Shown here piece after piece: positions 50,764 through 62,162 of a DNA stretch of 64,000 nucleotides (the first letter of the stretch is position 1; every line of letters starts with the position of its first letter). Below the pieces are notes generated by a model that was given only the letters and a program-made list of their open reading frames with translations, was not told the origin of the DNA and did no database searches. A program made the position numbers and the translations under genes. Origin of the DNA: Alphaproteobacteria bacterium. GTDB taxonomy: Bacteria > Pseudomonadota > Alphaproteobacteria > UBA828. The stretch spans positions 3,488,001-3,552,000 of the forward strand of contig OZ243972.1 of the NCBI GenBank assembly GCA_965214705.1, read 5' to 3'.

Positions 50764-51607
50764 CGGTCGCCGAGGCGCTTGAGATCTACGCGACCGAGCG
50801 GGCGCCACACGTCAAGGACCCCGCCCGCATCGGCGATTGCATTCGGGCACTGGTGCCGATCCTGGGGCCCTGCCCTTGTCGAGCATCACTGGCGAGGTTT
50901 GCCGGCGGTACGGCAAGGCACGCGACCGGGCGCCCGGCACGATCCGCAAGGAACTCAGCACCTTGCGGGCGGCGATCCGGCATTGCCACACCGAAGGCTA
51001 TATTACCTCCGCGCCGGGCGTACGACTCCCGGCCAAGCCGGCGCCTCGCGACCGCTGGTTGACCCGCGACGAAGCGGCGAAGCTCGTGCGCGCCGCCTAC
51101 CGCAACCCCAAGGCGAAGCATCTGGCGCGCTTCATTCTCGTGGCGCTCTACACCGGCACGCGCACCGACGCGATCCTGCGGCTCGGTTTCTCGCCGTTCG
51201 GGGGCGGCGGCTGGGTGGACTCCGAAAGGGGCGTGCTCTACCGGCGCGGGCCGGGCGAGGCCGAGACCAAGAAGCGGACTCCACCCGTGCCTGTCCCGCC
51301 GCGCTTGCTAGCACACCTGCGGCGCTGGGAGCGCCAGGGCGGCCGTTTCGTCGTCGAGGCGGGCGGTGCGCGTGTGGGTAGCCTCAAGACAGCGTGGCGC
51401 ACGGCGCTGGCGGCATCGGGCATCGAGCATTGCACCAAGCACGACTTGCGACACACCGCGATCACTTGGGCAATGCAAAAGGGTGCCGATCGCTGGCACG
51501 CGGCCGGGTTCTTCGGCCTGACCGTGGAACTGCTGGAGACGACCTACGGACACCACCATCCTGACCACATGCAAAGTGCGGTGGAAGCGATCAACCGGCG
51601 AGCGTGA
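50568..51607 (+). pseudogene. Tyrosine integrase with a frameshift near 50870
   Basis: N-part in frame 50568, catalytic part (YTGTR, HDLRHTAITW, YGHHHPD) in frame 50837; sequencing error not excluded. Confidence 0.88.
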
Positions 51608-51713
51608 TCGTTTCCGCACGCGCGTGCGGAAATACTACCGCTGAAAGGCAACGAAGGGTTTTAAATGCTGGAATACCCTCCATGATTTCAATGGTTTAGC
51701 GCGCCGGGAGGAT

Positions 51714-51759
51714 CTTCGGGAGGCGGGGGTCGGTGGTTCAAATCCACTCACTCCGACCA
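51714..51759 (+). repeat. att site: 3' fragment of tRNA-Pro(CGG)
   Basis: CTTCGGGAGGCGGGGGTCGGTGGTTCAAATCCACTCACTCCGACCA has anticodon loop, T-arm and CCA, but no 5' half upstream; lies just after the integrase. Confidence 0.85.
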
Positions 51760-52208
51760 TTCGCTTCAAGCACTTAGCCGCCTCCCGACCTTCTCCGGAA
51801 CCCTCCGTCCCCGCACATCTTTGCGAAAACCCACCATTCGGCCCACCATATGCGTTCCGGGACGATGCTCGCTCGGCACCTAGTTCGTATCTCTACGAAA
51901 GCAAAGCCCCGAGAGAGATGACAGCTAGGCACCAACCGACAACCGTCGCGGCCAATCGAACGCGAGGTCTCCATACTTGGATATTCCACCCCAACGTAAC
52001 GGTTTCGCGGAGCGAAAAGTCGTAGGTGAACCGGGGCAGCCATCTGGGGTTGACGATCCCCACTGCATGGCAAAAGAGATACCTCATCCCGTATGCTCCA
52101 TTTCTCAGTGTACTTTTCCTAAGCCGCATGGGCCGTCCCCAACGACTCGAATGTTCCCGTATTGTACCTCAATCTCCCCTGCATTTTCAGTGCTGTCGGT
52201 TCGCATCA

Positions 52209-54411
52209 CAGGGCAAATTTGTCCAAGCGGCTGGTAGGCAGTTGAGTTCTGGCCACGGGTTGTGCGGATCGGCTTTGTTGCGGGGTTTGCGGCGGGGTCT
52301 GGCCGAGCATCCGGTTCGGTCAGAGGGTTCTGGCATTACCGTGTGGGCGGTGCGGGCGGTGCCGTCGCGATTTGGCGGTGCCCCGACATGATGGATCGCG
52401 CCACCGGCGTGGTCGGGAGCGAGGGCAGGTACGATCTTTGCGCCCGGCTTGCCGGGCGCCGGGGTTCAGGCCGGCGCGGCGCGCTTTGCGGTCCTCGGCT
52501 GGGTGTTCCCGGTCATTTTCAGGAAGTCGAGGACGGCGCGGACGTTGCGGGCGAGCCTGCGCACGGTCGAGGCGACCTCGAGCCCCCGGCCCTTGATCAG
52601 GCCGATGGCGAAGCGCCGCAGGCGGGTCATGTTCTCGGGGCCGAAGCCTGTGCGTATGCGGCTGCGGTCCTCGTCCCAGGTCCAGTCGAGGCAGTGGTGC
52701 GAGCTGTTCTCGATGCACCAGTGGCCGCGGTTGAGGGCGAGCAGGCTCTGCGCGTTGGCCGTGCCGGGCGTGTGGCTGGAGATCCCGTAGGCGGTCTCGG
52801 TGCCGGTCTCGCCGGTCTTCTTGTCCTGGCGGGAGCGCTCGATCATGAAGACCTGGCCGACGCCCGGGAAGTCGAGAAAGCCGTTCAACTCCGTGCTCGT
52901 CCAGATTGCCCGCTGCTCGATGCGTCCGTGCGACAGCGCGGCCTCCTCCTCGAAGTCGGGCTCACGCTCCGGCGCCTCTTCGAAGAGCAGCGTCACATCG
53001 TCCCGCATGGTCTTCTGGTTCCCTTTCACGATGAACATGAAGTGCGCGCCCCGGTCGAGCAGGTAGCGGGCGAACTTGCGCTGGGTTAGCAGCGCGTCCG
53101 TCGTGACCGTCTTGCCCGCGATGTTCGGGATCAGGTCCACCAGCGCCGTCACGGTGCCGATCTCGTTGGTGCGCTTTGTCTCCTCGTCGGCCCCGACTTT
53201 CAGGAGAAGTTTTTTTGGGCGAGCGTGGCCTTGGTCTCGTGCCCGACCGCGCTCATGACATGAGCCTGGGTCCCGTCCTCGTCGATGGCCCCCCTCAGGG
53301 TCTTGCCGTCGATGGCAAGCGCCGCGTCGCCTGAGCCGTGGGCCTCCTGCCACTTGCGCAACGCCTCGTCCAACTGGTCCGGGTCCACCCGGATCACCAC
53401 ATTGCGGATGGTCGACATCGAAGGCGGCCGGCGCACCCCGTCGCGCAGCCGCACGCCGAAGCGGGCCAGCGCCTTCTCGCCGAGATCGTCGACCCACTCG
53501 GAGATGGCCTTCCAGCCTCGCATGCCGCAGAGCGTCGCGCCACTCGCAAGCGCGAGCACGCTGGGCAGCGAATGCCGCCGTCCCTTGCGCGTGCGGGGGT
53601 CGTCGATGTCCTTGAAGTAGGCGTAGAGCGACTCTTGCTGAGCGGCGCTGATCATGGTTCTCGGAACTCCTTTCTTCCACAACTCCCGATCCAGCCCGGC
53701 AGCGGACAGCCGGCGGCAGGCGTCGGGAACCAGGGGGCGCAGCAGCACAAGCTTCGGCGTCGAGCCGGCGACATAGCCCGAGCGGTGGCGCCGGAAGCCG
53801 CGGGTCTGGCCGACCGCCAGCCATCCAGCCGCCCGGTAGACCGTGCCCCGGAACCTCGCCGCGTCCACGAATGTTTCCAGCATCAGCACGGGGTGGCCGA
53901 AGCGGGCCGGCCAGTCGCGCGCCAAGCGCCGCGCGCAAAGCCCCAGCACCCGCGAGCCGAGGTTCGGAACACCCCGTCCCGGCAGGATCAGGAAGCGCGC
54001 GTTGTTCGCGATCAGATGCAGCCGCCCGTGCTGCGTGCGGAAGTCCCAGCCGATCCACTCGTCCCGCGCCCGGCACTTGCGCGCCGCAGCCGAAAACACG
54101 GCCAGCGCCAGCCACTCGCCGCGCCGATGGGCGACGTACCACGCCGTCGCCCCCACCTTCGCAGACGCACCCAGGTAGTGATGCCCCTCCATCAGCGCGC
54201 GGAACCGGGCCTCGTCCTCCGGCCGGACAGCAGCGACATCGACCTCGGAAAGATCCACCGTAGAAACCGTCCCCCTGCTCGAAGCCGATCCGCAGCAGAA
54301 CACCGCGAATCCAGTCGCCTCAATCCATAGCAGGGTTGGCGCGCGCTGACCAGACCCAAGGTCAACTCGTAGCGCAGAACTCAAAAATCAGGCTTGGACA
54401 AATTCGCCCTG
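52209..54411 (-). mobile_element. ISAs1-family element with DUF4338 domain
   Basis: 20-bp TIR CAGGGC(A/G)AATTTGTCCAAGC; 10-bp duplication GTTCGCATCA (52199-52208, 54412-54421). Confidence 0.92.
52466..54258 (-). CDS. DUF4338-ISAs1 transposase, two frames joined at A AAA AAC (about 53209-53215)
   Basis: HHYLG, NNARFLIL, LETFVD (DUF4338); DPR, AIDGKTLRG, NEI, TTDAL, HGRIE, HWCIEN (ISAs1 DDE). Confidence 0.85.
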
Positions 54412-54602
54412 GTTCGCATCAACTTGGCACCGGCGACGCCGGACGGGACGTTCCCCATGCCGGGCGATGACTGTCAGGCCGACGCGTCAGCATCCGAGTA
54501 GGTCCCAGCTTGGAACAGGGCGCGGGCTTGCTCTAGACTGACCGGTAGAGGGAGTTGGCCGGCTCGCCACCGGGCGGCGGGTCGGAGCAAGGGAGGACAT
54601 GG

Positions 54603-55466
54603 ATGAAACCGCCACCGTTCGACTATTGCTGTCCGGAGACCCTGGAGGAGGCGCTGGCGCTGCTCGCCGAGCACGGCGACGCCGCCAAGGTGATCGCGGG
54701 CGGCCAGAGCCTGGTGCCGATGCTCAACCTGCGGGCACTGCACCCGGAGGTGCTGATCGACATCAACCGCCTGCCGGGCCTCGATCACATTAGCCTGGAG
54801 GACGGGCAGCTCAGGGTGGGCGCGCTGGTGCGGCACAAGGCGGTGCTGGAATCGGCCGCCGTGAGCGAGGCCTCGCCGCTGATGGCTCTGGCCTACCCCC
54901 ATGTCTCTCACGGTCCCATCCGCAATCGCGGCACCCTCTGCGGCAATCTCTGCCACAACGACCCGGCATCCGAGATGCCCGCGGTGGCGCTCGCGAGCGA
55001 TGCGGAGATGGTGCTGCAGAGCACGGGCGGCACGCGCACCGTTGCCGCGGGGGACTTCTTCACGGGCACGCTCTCTACGGCGGCCGAAGCCAACGAGCTG
55101 CTGGTCGAGGTCCGCGTGCCGCGCGCGCCGGCCGGCCAGGGCGCGGGCTTTCACGAGGTGAGCCCGCGCAAGGGCGACTTTGCCTACGTGGCCGTGGGCG
55201 CGACGCTCCAGGTCGCGGACGGCACCTGCACCGGCGCGCGGATCGTCTGCGCCGGCGTGGGCGACGGGCCGCACCGGGCGCGCGCTGCCGAGGATGCGCT
55301 TGCGGGCGCGGCACCGGGCGATGATGCCTTCCGCCAGGCGGCTGCGGCGGCGGCGGACAGCATCGACCCCAACGAAGACTTTCACGCGGACGCGGACTAT
55401 CGGCGCGATCTGGTGCGTAGCCTCACCCGGCGCGCCCTCGCCGACGCCGCCTCCCGCTGCAACTGA
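54603..55466 (+). CDS. Molybdenum hydroxylase FAD subunit (CoxM-like)
   Basis: MKPPPFDY, AGGQSL, IRNRGTLCGN. Confidence 0.92.
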   Translation: MKPPPFDYCCPETLEEALALLAEHGDAAKVIAGGQSLVPMLNLRALHPEVLIDINRLPGLDHISLEDGQLRVGALVRHKAVLESAAVSEASPLMALAYPHVSHGPIRNRGTLCGNLCHNDPASEMPAVALASDAEMVLQSTGGTRTVAAGDFFTGTLSTAAEANELLVEVRVPRAPAGQGAGFHEVSPRKGDFAYVAVGATLQVADGTCTGARIVCAGVGDGPHRARAAEDALAGAAPGDDAFRQAAAAAADSIDPNEDFHADADYRRDLVRSLTRRALADAASRCN

Positions 55467-55478
55467 AGGGAGGCGGAG

Positions 55479-55964
55479 ATGACGACGCCACGCACCGTCG
55501 AGCTTGTCGTCAACGGCGAGCACCGCGCCGGCGACGCCGAGCCGCGCATGCTGCTGAGCGATTTCCTGCGCGAGCAGCTTGGGCTCACCGGCACCCATGT
55601 CGGCTGCGAGCACGGGGTCTGCGGCGCCTGCACCGTGCTGGTCAACGGCGAGGCCGCGCGCTCCTGCCTGATGCTCGCCGTCCAGGCGGAGGGCGCGGAG
55701 GTCCGCACCATCGAGGGCCTCGGCGGGGTCGACGACATGCACCCGCTGCAGGAGGCCTTCTGGGAGAAGCACGGCCTGCAATGCGGCTTCTGTACCCCCG
55801 GAATGCTGATGACGGCGGTCGAGCTGCTTGAGAGCACACCCAACCCGAGCCTCGACGACATCCGCGAGGCGATCTCGAGCAATCTCTGCCGTTGCACCGG
55901 CTATCAAACCATCGTGGAGGCGGTGCAGGCCGCCGCCGAACGGATGCAGGGAGAGGGGCAATGA
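55479..55964 (+). CDS. Molybdenum hydroxylase 2Fe-2S subunit (CoxS-like)
   Basis: [27 protein letters not shown]. Confidence 0.95.
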   Translation: MTTPRTVELVVNGEHRAGDAEPRMLLSDFLREQLGLTGTHVGCEHGVCGACTVLVNGEAARSCLMLAVQAEGAEVRTIEGLGGVDDMHPLQEAFWEKHGLQCGFCTPGMLMTAVELLESTPNPSLDDIREAISSNLCRCTGYQTIVEAVQAAAERMQGEGQ

Positions 55965-58432
55965 CCCGCGAACGCCACTACATCCCCGAATCGCGTCAGC
56001 GCGAGAAGCCCAAGTCCAAGTATTTCGCCATCGGGCACAGCATGAAGCGGGTGGAGGACACCCGCCTGCTCACCGGCTCCGGCACCTATGCCGACGACGT
56101 GACGCTGCCCAACATGGCGCACGCGGCGGTGCTGCGCAGCCCCCACGCGCACGCCCGCATCGTGAGCATCGACAAGTCCAAGGCCGAGGCGCTTCCCGGT
56201 GTGCTCTGCGTCATGACCGGCGCCGAGGCGGCGGAGGTGACGGGGCCGTGCGCGGATTTCTCCAGCCCGCCGACGACACAGCACTGCATCGCCGTGGACA
56301 AGGTGCGCCACGTGGGCGAGACGGTGGCCGCTGTGGTGGCGGAGAGCCGCTATATCGCCGAGGACGCCTGCGAGCTGATCGAGGTCGAGTACGACCCGCT
56401 GCCGGCGGTGGTCGACCTCGAAGAGGCGGTGACCTCCACCGGTGATGCCGTGCTCCATCCCGAGCGGGGCGACACCAACGTGGCGCACCATCGCGTCATC
56501 GACTTCGGCACGGTGGATGAGGACTTCGCGCAGGCCGAGCTGGTGATCGAGCGCAGGCTGCGCTGGCCGCGTTCCGGCGGCACACCCATCGAGACCGTCG
56601 GCGCCACCGCGCATTACGACCGCGGCACGGGCAAGTTCACGATCCATGCCAACACCTCGATGTACAACTACGTGGGCTGGCTGATCGCCGTCTCACTCAA
56701 GGTCGAGCCCCACCGGCTCAACATCGTGCCGACCGACGCCGGCGGCAGCTTCGGCAGCAAGCTCTTCTGCCACAAGGTCTGCACGCTGGCTGGCACGCTG
56801 GCCCGCGCCGCCGGCCGGCCGGTCAAGTACCTGGAAGACCGCATCGACAACATGACCAGCGGCGACGCCCACGGGTCGGACCGCGTCTACGACGCCAAGC
56901 TCGCGCTGAAGCGCGACGGCACCATGCTGAGCATGCGGCTCAAGGTGATCGACGACTACGGCGCCTACTTCCAGTACGGCGTCGGCCAGCACGGCAACGC
57001 CATGGCGCAGGTGACCGGCCCCTACAAGATCAACAGCGTCCAGGTGGATCTCACCGCCGTGTTCACGAACAAGTGCCAGCAGGGGGCCTATCGCGGCTTC
57101 GGCTCTGAGGTCGGCAACTTCGTGATCGAGCGGCTGGTGGATGCTGCCTGCGAGGAGCTCGACATCGACCCCATCGAGATGCGCCGTCGCAACCTGATCG
57201 AGCAGGACCAGTTCCCCTACATCATGCCGACCGGCAACATGTATGACAGCGGCAACTACCAGGCCGTGCTCGACGAGGCACTCGGCATGATCGACATTGA
57301 CGGCTGGCGGGCGAAGCAGGCCGAGGCGCGCAAGGAGGGCCGCTACATCGGCATCGGCATCTCCACCTGCCAGGAGCGGAGCGTCTTCAGCGCCACCGAG
57401 TTCTGGATGTGGAACCCGAACGAGACTCCGGGCTTCACGCTCTCCAGCTCGCCGGAAAGCGTCTCCGTCAACATCGACCCCACCGGCAAGGCCTTCATCA
57501 CGCTGAACGCGCCCTTCTGGGGCAACAGTCCGGAGACCATGGCGGTCCAGGTACTGGCCGAGAAGCTGGAGATGGACCCTTCGGATATCTCCGTCGGCTA
57601 CGCCGATTCCGACAAGGGCTTCAACTCGTCGGGGCCGGGCGGCAGCCGGTTCACGGTGATGATCGCGGGCGCGGTAAGCGGCGCTGCCGACGTGATCAAG
57701 GAGAAGATGCTGCGTGTCGCCAGCCACATGCTGGAGGCGGACCCGAGCGATCTCGAATTCCGCAACGGCTCCATCGGCGTCCAGGGCGTGCCCGGCAAGG
57801 AGAAGACGCTGGCGGAGGTGGCGCTCCACGCCCACTACTTCAGGCTGGACCTGCCGGAGGACCACGACCTCACCAGCGGCATCGACGCGGCCTACGTCTA
57901 CGATCACCCGGTCACGACCATGCCGTCGGAGGACCGCACCGACCTCGGCATCTTCTACCCCATCGTCGGCCACATGTGTCACATCCCGGTGGTCGAGGTG
58001 GATGCCGAGACCGGCAAGGTCGATTTTCTCGACTACGTGGCGGTCCACGACTGCGGCACCATGGTCAACCCGATGACGCTCGCCGGCCACGTGCGGGGCG
58101 GCACCGTGAACGGCATCGGCAGCGCCCTCTACGAGCACTTCCACTATGACGAGAACGGCCAGCTGCAGAACGCGCTGCTGAGCGACTACCTGCACCCGAC
58201 CCTGATGGAGACCCCGGTGGACATCCGCGTGGGCCACGTGGAGACGCCGTCCCCCTTCACCGAGTACGGCATCAAGGGCGGCGGCGAGGGCGGGCGCATG
58301 GGCGCCCCACCGGCGATCGCTGCGGCGGTCGAGGATGCGCTCAAGCCCCTGGGCGTGAAGGTGGATTCGCTCCCGCTCACGCCCAAGGTGCTACGCGGCA
58401 TGATCCGCGAGGCGGAGGCGAACGGGGGCTGA
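55961..58432 (+). CDS. Molybdopterin-binding large subunit (xanthine dehydrogenase family)
   Basis: LRSPHAHA, GGSFGSK, AYRGFG, KGGGEGG. Confidence 0.93.
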   Translation: MTRERHYIPESRQREKPKSKYFAIGHSMKRVEDTRLLTGSGTYADDVTLPNMAHAAVLRSPHAHARIVSIDKSKAEALPGVLCVMTGAEAAEVTGPCADFSSPPTTQHCIAVDKVRHVGETVAAVVAESRYIAEDACELIEVEYDPLPAVVDLEEAVTSTGDAVLHPERGDTNVAHHRVIDFGTVDEDFAQAELVIERRLRWPRSGGTPIETVGATAHYDRGTGKFTIHANTSMYNYVGWLIAVSLKVEPHRLNIVPTDAGGSFGSKLFCHKVCTLAGTLARAAGRPVKYLEDRIDNMTSGDAHGSDRVYDAKLALKRDGTMLSMRLKVIDDYGAYFQYGVGQHGNAMAQVTGPYKINSVQVDLTAVFTNKCQQGAYRGFGSEVGNFVIERLVDAACEELDIDPIEMRRRNLIEQDQFPYIMPTGNMYDSGNYQAVLDEALGMIDIDGWRAKQAEARKEGRYIGIGISTCQERSVFSATEFWMWNPNETPGFTLSSSPESVSVNIDPTGKAFITLNAPFWGNSPETMAVQVLAEKLEMDPSDISVGYADSDKGFNSSGPGGSRFTVMIAGAVSGAADVIKEKMLRVASHMLEADPSDLEFRNGSIGVQGVPGKEKTLAEVALHAHYFRLDLPEDHDLTSGIDAAYVYDHPVTTMPSEDRTDLGIFYPIVGHMCHIPVVEVDAETGKVDFLDYVAVHDCGTMVNPMTLAGHVRGGTVNGIGSALYEHFHYDENGQLQNALLSDYLHPTLMETPVDIRVGHVETPSPFTEYGIKGGGEGGRMGAPPAIAAAVEDALKPLGVKVDSLPLTPKVLRGMIREAEANGG

Positions 58433-58477
58433 GTACGCCGCCAACCAGAGCGGCACACGCGCCAAGGGGAGGGGGCC

Positions 58478-60847
58478 ATGTATGTCGGTCAGGCGATTCG
58501 GCGCCGGGAGGATGAGCGCTTCCTTCGGGGGCGCGGCCGCTTCGTCGAGGACATCACTCTCGACCAGCCCATTGCCCACGCCGCCTTCGTTCGCAGCCCC
58601 CATGCCCATGCCGCAGTGACGCGGGTCGAGACCGCGCAGGCCGCCTCGATGCCGGGGGTGCTCGCGGTGCTCACCGGCGCGGACTGGACCGCCGCCGGCC
58701 ACGGCGAGGCCGAGGGCGTCTGGCCGGTCAAGGACATGAGCGGCGCAGACTCGCGCACCGCCTACCGGCCACTCATCTGCGTCGACGGCGTGGTTCGCTG
58801 CGTGGGTGAGATCGTCGCCATGGTCGTGGCCGAGGACCGCCACCAGGCGCTCGATGCCGCCGAGGCGGTCGAGGTCGCTTACGAGGAGAAGCCGGCCAAC
58901 ACGATCACGGCCAGGGCGCTCGATCCCGACACTCCGCTCGTGCATCCCGCATTCGGCACCAACGAGGTGATGGTCACCGAGCACGGCCTGAAAGCTGAGA
59001 CCGAGGCCGCGCTCGCGAACGCGCATCACGTGACCGAGGTCGTGGTGCCCACCAACCGCGTTACCGCTGCTTCGATGGAGCCCCGCGCCTACCTGGGCCA
59101 TTACGACCGGGTCAACGACCGCTACACGGTGTGGACCACCAACCAGGCGCCGCACATCGTGCGCCGCTACTTCACCAAATCGCTGCACATTCCCGAGCAC
59201 AAGCTCAGGGTGATCGCGCCCGATGTCGGCGGCGGCTTCGGGATGAAGCTCTACCACTATCCCGAGGAGGGGCTGGTGCTGTGGGGCGCGATCGTCTGCG
59301 ACCGGCCCGTGCGCTGGGTGGGCACGCGCTCCGAGTGCTTGCTGGGTGACACGCACGCGAGGGACCACCACACCGTGGGCCGCATGGGCTTCGACGAGAA
59401 CGGCAAGATCCTCGGCGTGAAGTTCGAGACCCTCGCCGCCTTCGGCGCCTACGAGAGCCAGTGGCAGGCGAGCATCACCAACGCCTATCACTTCACCATG
59501 CTCTCGCTCGCCTACGACATCCCGGCGATCCATACCCAGGTGCGCGCCGTCTACACCAACGCGACGCCGGTTGACGCCTACCGCGGCGCCGGCCGGCCCG
59601 AAGCCGTCTATCAGGTCGAGCGCATGATCGAGAACGGCGCTCAGGAGATGGGCATCGACCCGCTCGAGCTCCGCGCCCGCAACCTGATCCCGCCCGAGAA
59701 GTTCCCGTATCAGACAGCCCTCGGCATCACCTACGATTCCGGCGACCCGCCGGTGCTCATGGGGAAGGTCAAGGCGCTCGCCGACTACGACGCGCTCCGT
59801 ACCGAACAGGCCAAGCTCAGGGCGGACGGCCAGTGGATGGGCATCGGCATCTCGGCCTTCTTCGACATGGCCGGCGCGGGCCCGGTGAAGATGATGAACG
59901 ATCTCGGCGCCAAGGTCGGCTGCTACGACGTCGCCAGCGTCCGCGTGCACCCGGACGGGCGCATCACCGTGTTCGCCGGCAGCCACAGCCACGGGCAGGG
60001 CCACGAGACCACCTGGAGCCAGATCGCGGCCGACCGCCTCGGCTGCGACATCGACCATATCGACCTGGTGGAGGGCGATACCGACCGCGTGCCCATGGGC
60101 ATTGGCACCTGGGGCTCACGGTCCCTCTCCACCGCCGGCATGGCAGTCTATACCGCAGCTGATCGGGTGGTGGCTAAGGCTAAGCGCATGGCGGCGCACA
60201 TGATGGAGTGCGCGCCCGAAGACCTTGACCTTGCCGACGGCGAATTCACGGTCAAGGGCACGGACCGGAAGCTCTCGTTCGCGGCCGTGGCCAATGCGTC
60301 ATACCATTCCGGCGACCGTCCGTCCGATCTGGAGATCGGCCTGGAGGAAACCTCGTTCTTCGATCCCGCCGACTGCACTTATCCCTCGGCCATTCACCTC
60401 TGCGTCGTGCTGGTCGATCCCGAGACCTGCGCGGTGACGCTGCGCAACTACTGGGCGGTTGACGATGTCGGCACCGTCATCAACCCGATGGTGTTGCACG
60501 GGCAGGTCCACGGCGGGCTGGTCCAGGGCATCGGCCAGGCGTTGATGGAGGAATGCGCCTACGATGCCGAGAGCGGCCAGTATCTCTCCGGCACCTTCAT
60601 GGATTACGCCATACCCCATGCCGAGGACGTGCCGTCCTTCGGCCTCGATGCGCATTTCACGCGGGCGCTGGGCAACCCGCTCGGGGCCAAGGGGGCGGGA
60701 GAGAGCGGTACCATCGGCGCGCCGGCCTGCATCTGCAACGGGGTGGTCGACGCGCTCTGGCATCTCGGCGTGCGGCAGATCACGCAGCCGATGACGCCCA
60801 GGAAGATCTGGCGCGCCATCGAGGACGCGAAGCGGGCGCAACACTAG
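58478..60847 (+). CDS. Molybdopterin-binding large subunit, form II CoxL-like
   Basis: [31 protein letters not shown]. Confidence 0.93.
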   Translation: MYVGQAIRRREDERFLRGRGRFVEDITLDQPIAHAAFVRSPHAHAAVTRVETAQAASMPGVLAVLTGADWTAAGHGEAEGVWPVKDMSGADSRTAYRPLICVDGVVRCVGEIVAMVVAEDRHQALDAAEAVEVAYEEKPANTITARALDPDTPLVHPAFGTNEVMVTEHGLKAETEAALANAHHVTEVVVPTNRVTAASMEPRAYLGHYDRVNDRYTVWTTNQAPHIVRRYFTKSLHIPEHKLRVIAPDVGGGFGMKLYHYPEEGLVLWGAIVCDRPVRWVGTRSECLLGDTHARDHHTVGRMGFDENGKILGVKFETLAAFGAYESQWQASITNAYHFTMLSLAYDIPAIHTQVRAVYTNATPVDAYRGAGRPEAVYQVERMIENGAQEMGIDPLELRARNLIPPEKFPYQTALGITYDSGDPPVLMGKVKALADYDALRTEQAKLRADGQWMGIGISAFFDMAGAGPVKMMNDLGAKVGCYDVASVRVHPDGRITVFAGSHSHGQGHETTWSQIAADRLGCDIDHIDLVEGDTDRVPMGIGTWGSRSLSTAGMAVYTAADRVVAKAKRMAAHMMECAPEDLDLADGEFTVKGTDRKLSFAAVANASYHSGDRPSDLEIGLEETSFFDPADCTYPSAIHLCVVLVDPETCAVTLRNYWAVDDVGTVINPMVLHGQVHGGLVQGIGQALMEECAYDAESGQYLSGTFMDYAIPHAEDVPSFGLDAHFTRALGNPLGAKGAGESGTIGAPACICNGVVDALWHLGVRQITQPMTPRKIWRAIEDAKRAQH

Positions 60848-60875
60848 GGCCAGAATCGGTCGCGAGGGAGAGGCG

Positions 60876-61349
60876 ATGGCAGGCGTTTCGGTAACCTTCA
60901 CCGTGAACGGCCGGGAGGTCACGGCCACAGTCGATCCGCGCACCCTCCTGGTCCACTTCCTGCGCGAGCATCTCAGGCTCACCGGCACCCATATCGGCTG
61001 CGACACCAGTCAGTGCGGCGCCTGCACGGTGCACCTGGACGGCAAGCCGGCCAAGTCTTGTGCGCTGCTCGCGGTGCAGATGGAGGGCGCCGAAGTGACC
61101 ACCATCGAGGGCATCGCCGGGCCGGGCGGGATGCACCCGATGCAGGCGGCTTTCAGGGAGCATCACGGCCTGCAATGCGGCTTCTGCACCCCCGGCATGG
61201 TGATGATGGGGATCGACATCGCGAACCGCCACGAGGCGCCGGACGAGGCGACCATCCGCCGCGAGCTGGAAGGCAACCTCTGCCGATGCACGGGCTACCA
61301 CAACATCGTCGCGTCGATCGCGGCCGGCGCGAGTTCGATGCGGGGCTAA
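60876..61349 (+). CDS. 2Fe-2S subunit (CoxS-like)
   Basis: [27 protein letters not shown]. Confidence 0.95.
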   Translation: MAGVSVTFTVNGREVTATVDPRTLLVHFLREHLRLTGTHIGCDTSQCGACTVHLDGKPAKSCALLAVQMEGAEVTTIEGIAGPGGMHPMQAAFREHHGLQCGFCTPGMVMMGIDIANRHEAPDEATIRRELEGNLCRCTGYHNIVASIAAGASSMRG

Positions 61350-61361
61350 GGGGAGGGGGCG

Positions 61362-62162
61362 ATGTATCCGTTCACCTACCACCGGCCTGCCTCGCTCGAC
61401 GACGCCAAGGCTCGGCTCGCGGCGAGCGAGGACGGCCGTCCGCTCGCAGGCGGCATGAGCCTGCTCCCGACCATGCGCTTCCGCCTCGCCTCGTGTGCGG
61501 ATCTGGTCGATCTCAACGGCATCGAGGCACTGGCTGGGATCGAGCGGGGCGACGGTCACGTGCGGATCGGGGCGATGACGCGGCACGCGGCGGTGGCGGA
61601 GTCGCCTGAGGTGGGAGAGGCAATCCCGGCGCTTGCGGCGCTCGCGGGCTCCATCGGCGACGTGCAGGTGCGCAACCGGGGCACCATCGGCGGCTCGATC
61701 TGCTTCGCCGACCCGGCAGCGGACTATCCGGCCGGCCTGTTGGGCCTCGGCGCCACGGTCAACACCGACCGGCGCGCCATCGCCGCCGACGACTTCTTCA
61801 CCGGGCTCTACGAGACCGCGCTGGAGGAGGGCGAGATCGTGGTCTCGGTGGATTTTCCGATTCCGGAGCGCGCGGGCTGGGCCAAGTTTGGCAACCAGGC
61901 CTCGCGCTTCGCCGTCGTCGCGGTGATGGTGTCGCTCTCAGATGGTTCGGTTCGTCTCGCGGTCACCGGGGCCAAGCCCCACGTCTTCCGCGTGCCGGAT
62001 ATGGAGCAGGCGCTTGCCGCCAACTTCACTGAAGAGGCCATCGAAGGCATCGCGGTTTCGAGCGAGGGGCTCAACGAGGACCTCCACGCCGACAGTGAGT
62101 ACCGCGCGCACCTCGTCGGCGTGATGGCGAAGCGCGCTGTCCGCGACGCCCTCGCACGATGA
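61362..62162 (+). CDS. FAD subunit (CoxM-like)
   Basis: LAGGMSL, QVRNRGTIGGS, DPAADYPA. Confidence 0.93.
   Translation: MYPFTYHRPASLDDAKARLAASEDGRPLAGGMSLLPTMRFRLASCADLVDLNGIEALAGIERGDGHVRIGAMTRHAAVAESPEVGEAIPALAALAGSIGDVQVRNRGTIGGSICFADPAADYPAGLLGLGATVNTDRRAIAADDFFTGLYETALEEGEIVVSVDFPIPERAGWAKFGNQASRFAVVAVMVSLSDGSVRLAVTGAKPHVFRVPDMEQALAANFTEEAIEGIAVSSEGLNEDLHADSEYRAHLVGVMAKRAVRDALAR

Noticed and set aside
51690-51759. Complete tRNA-Pro gene
   Set aside because: No 5' acceptor strand or D-arm, and the anticodon stem does not pair; it is an att fragment
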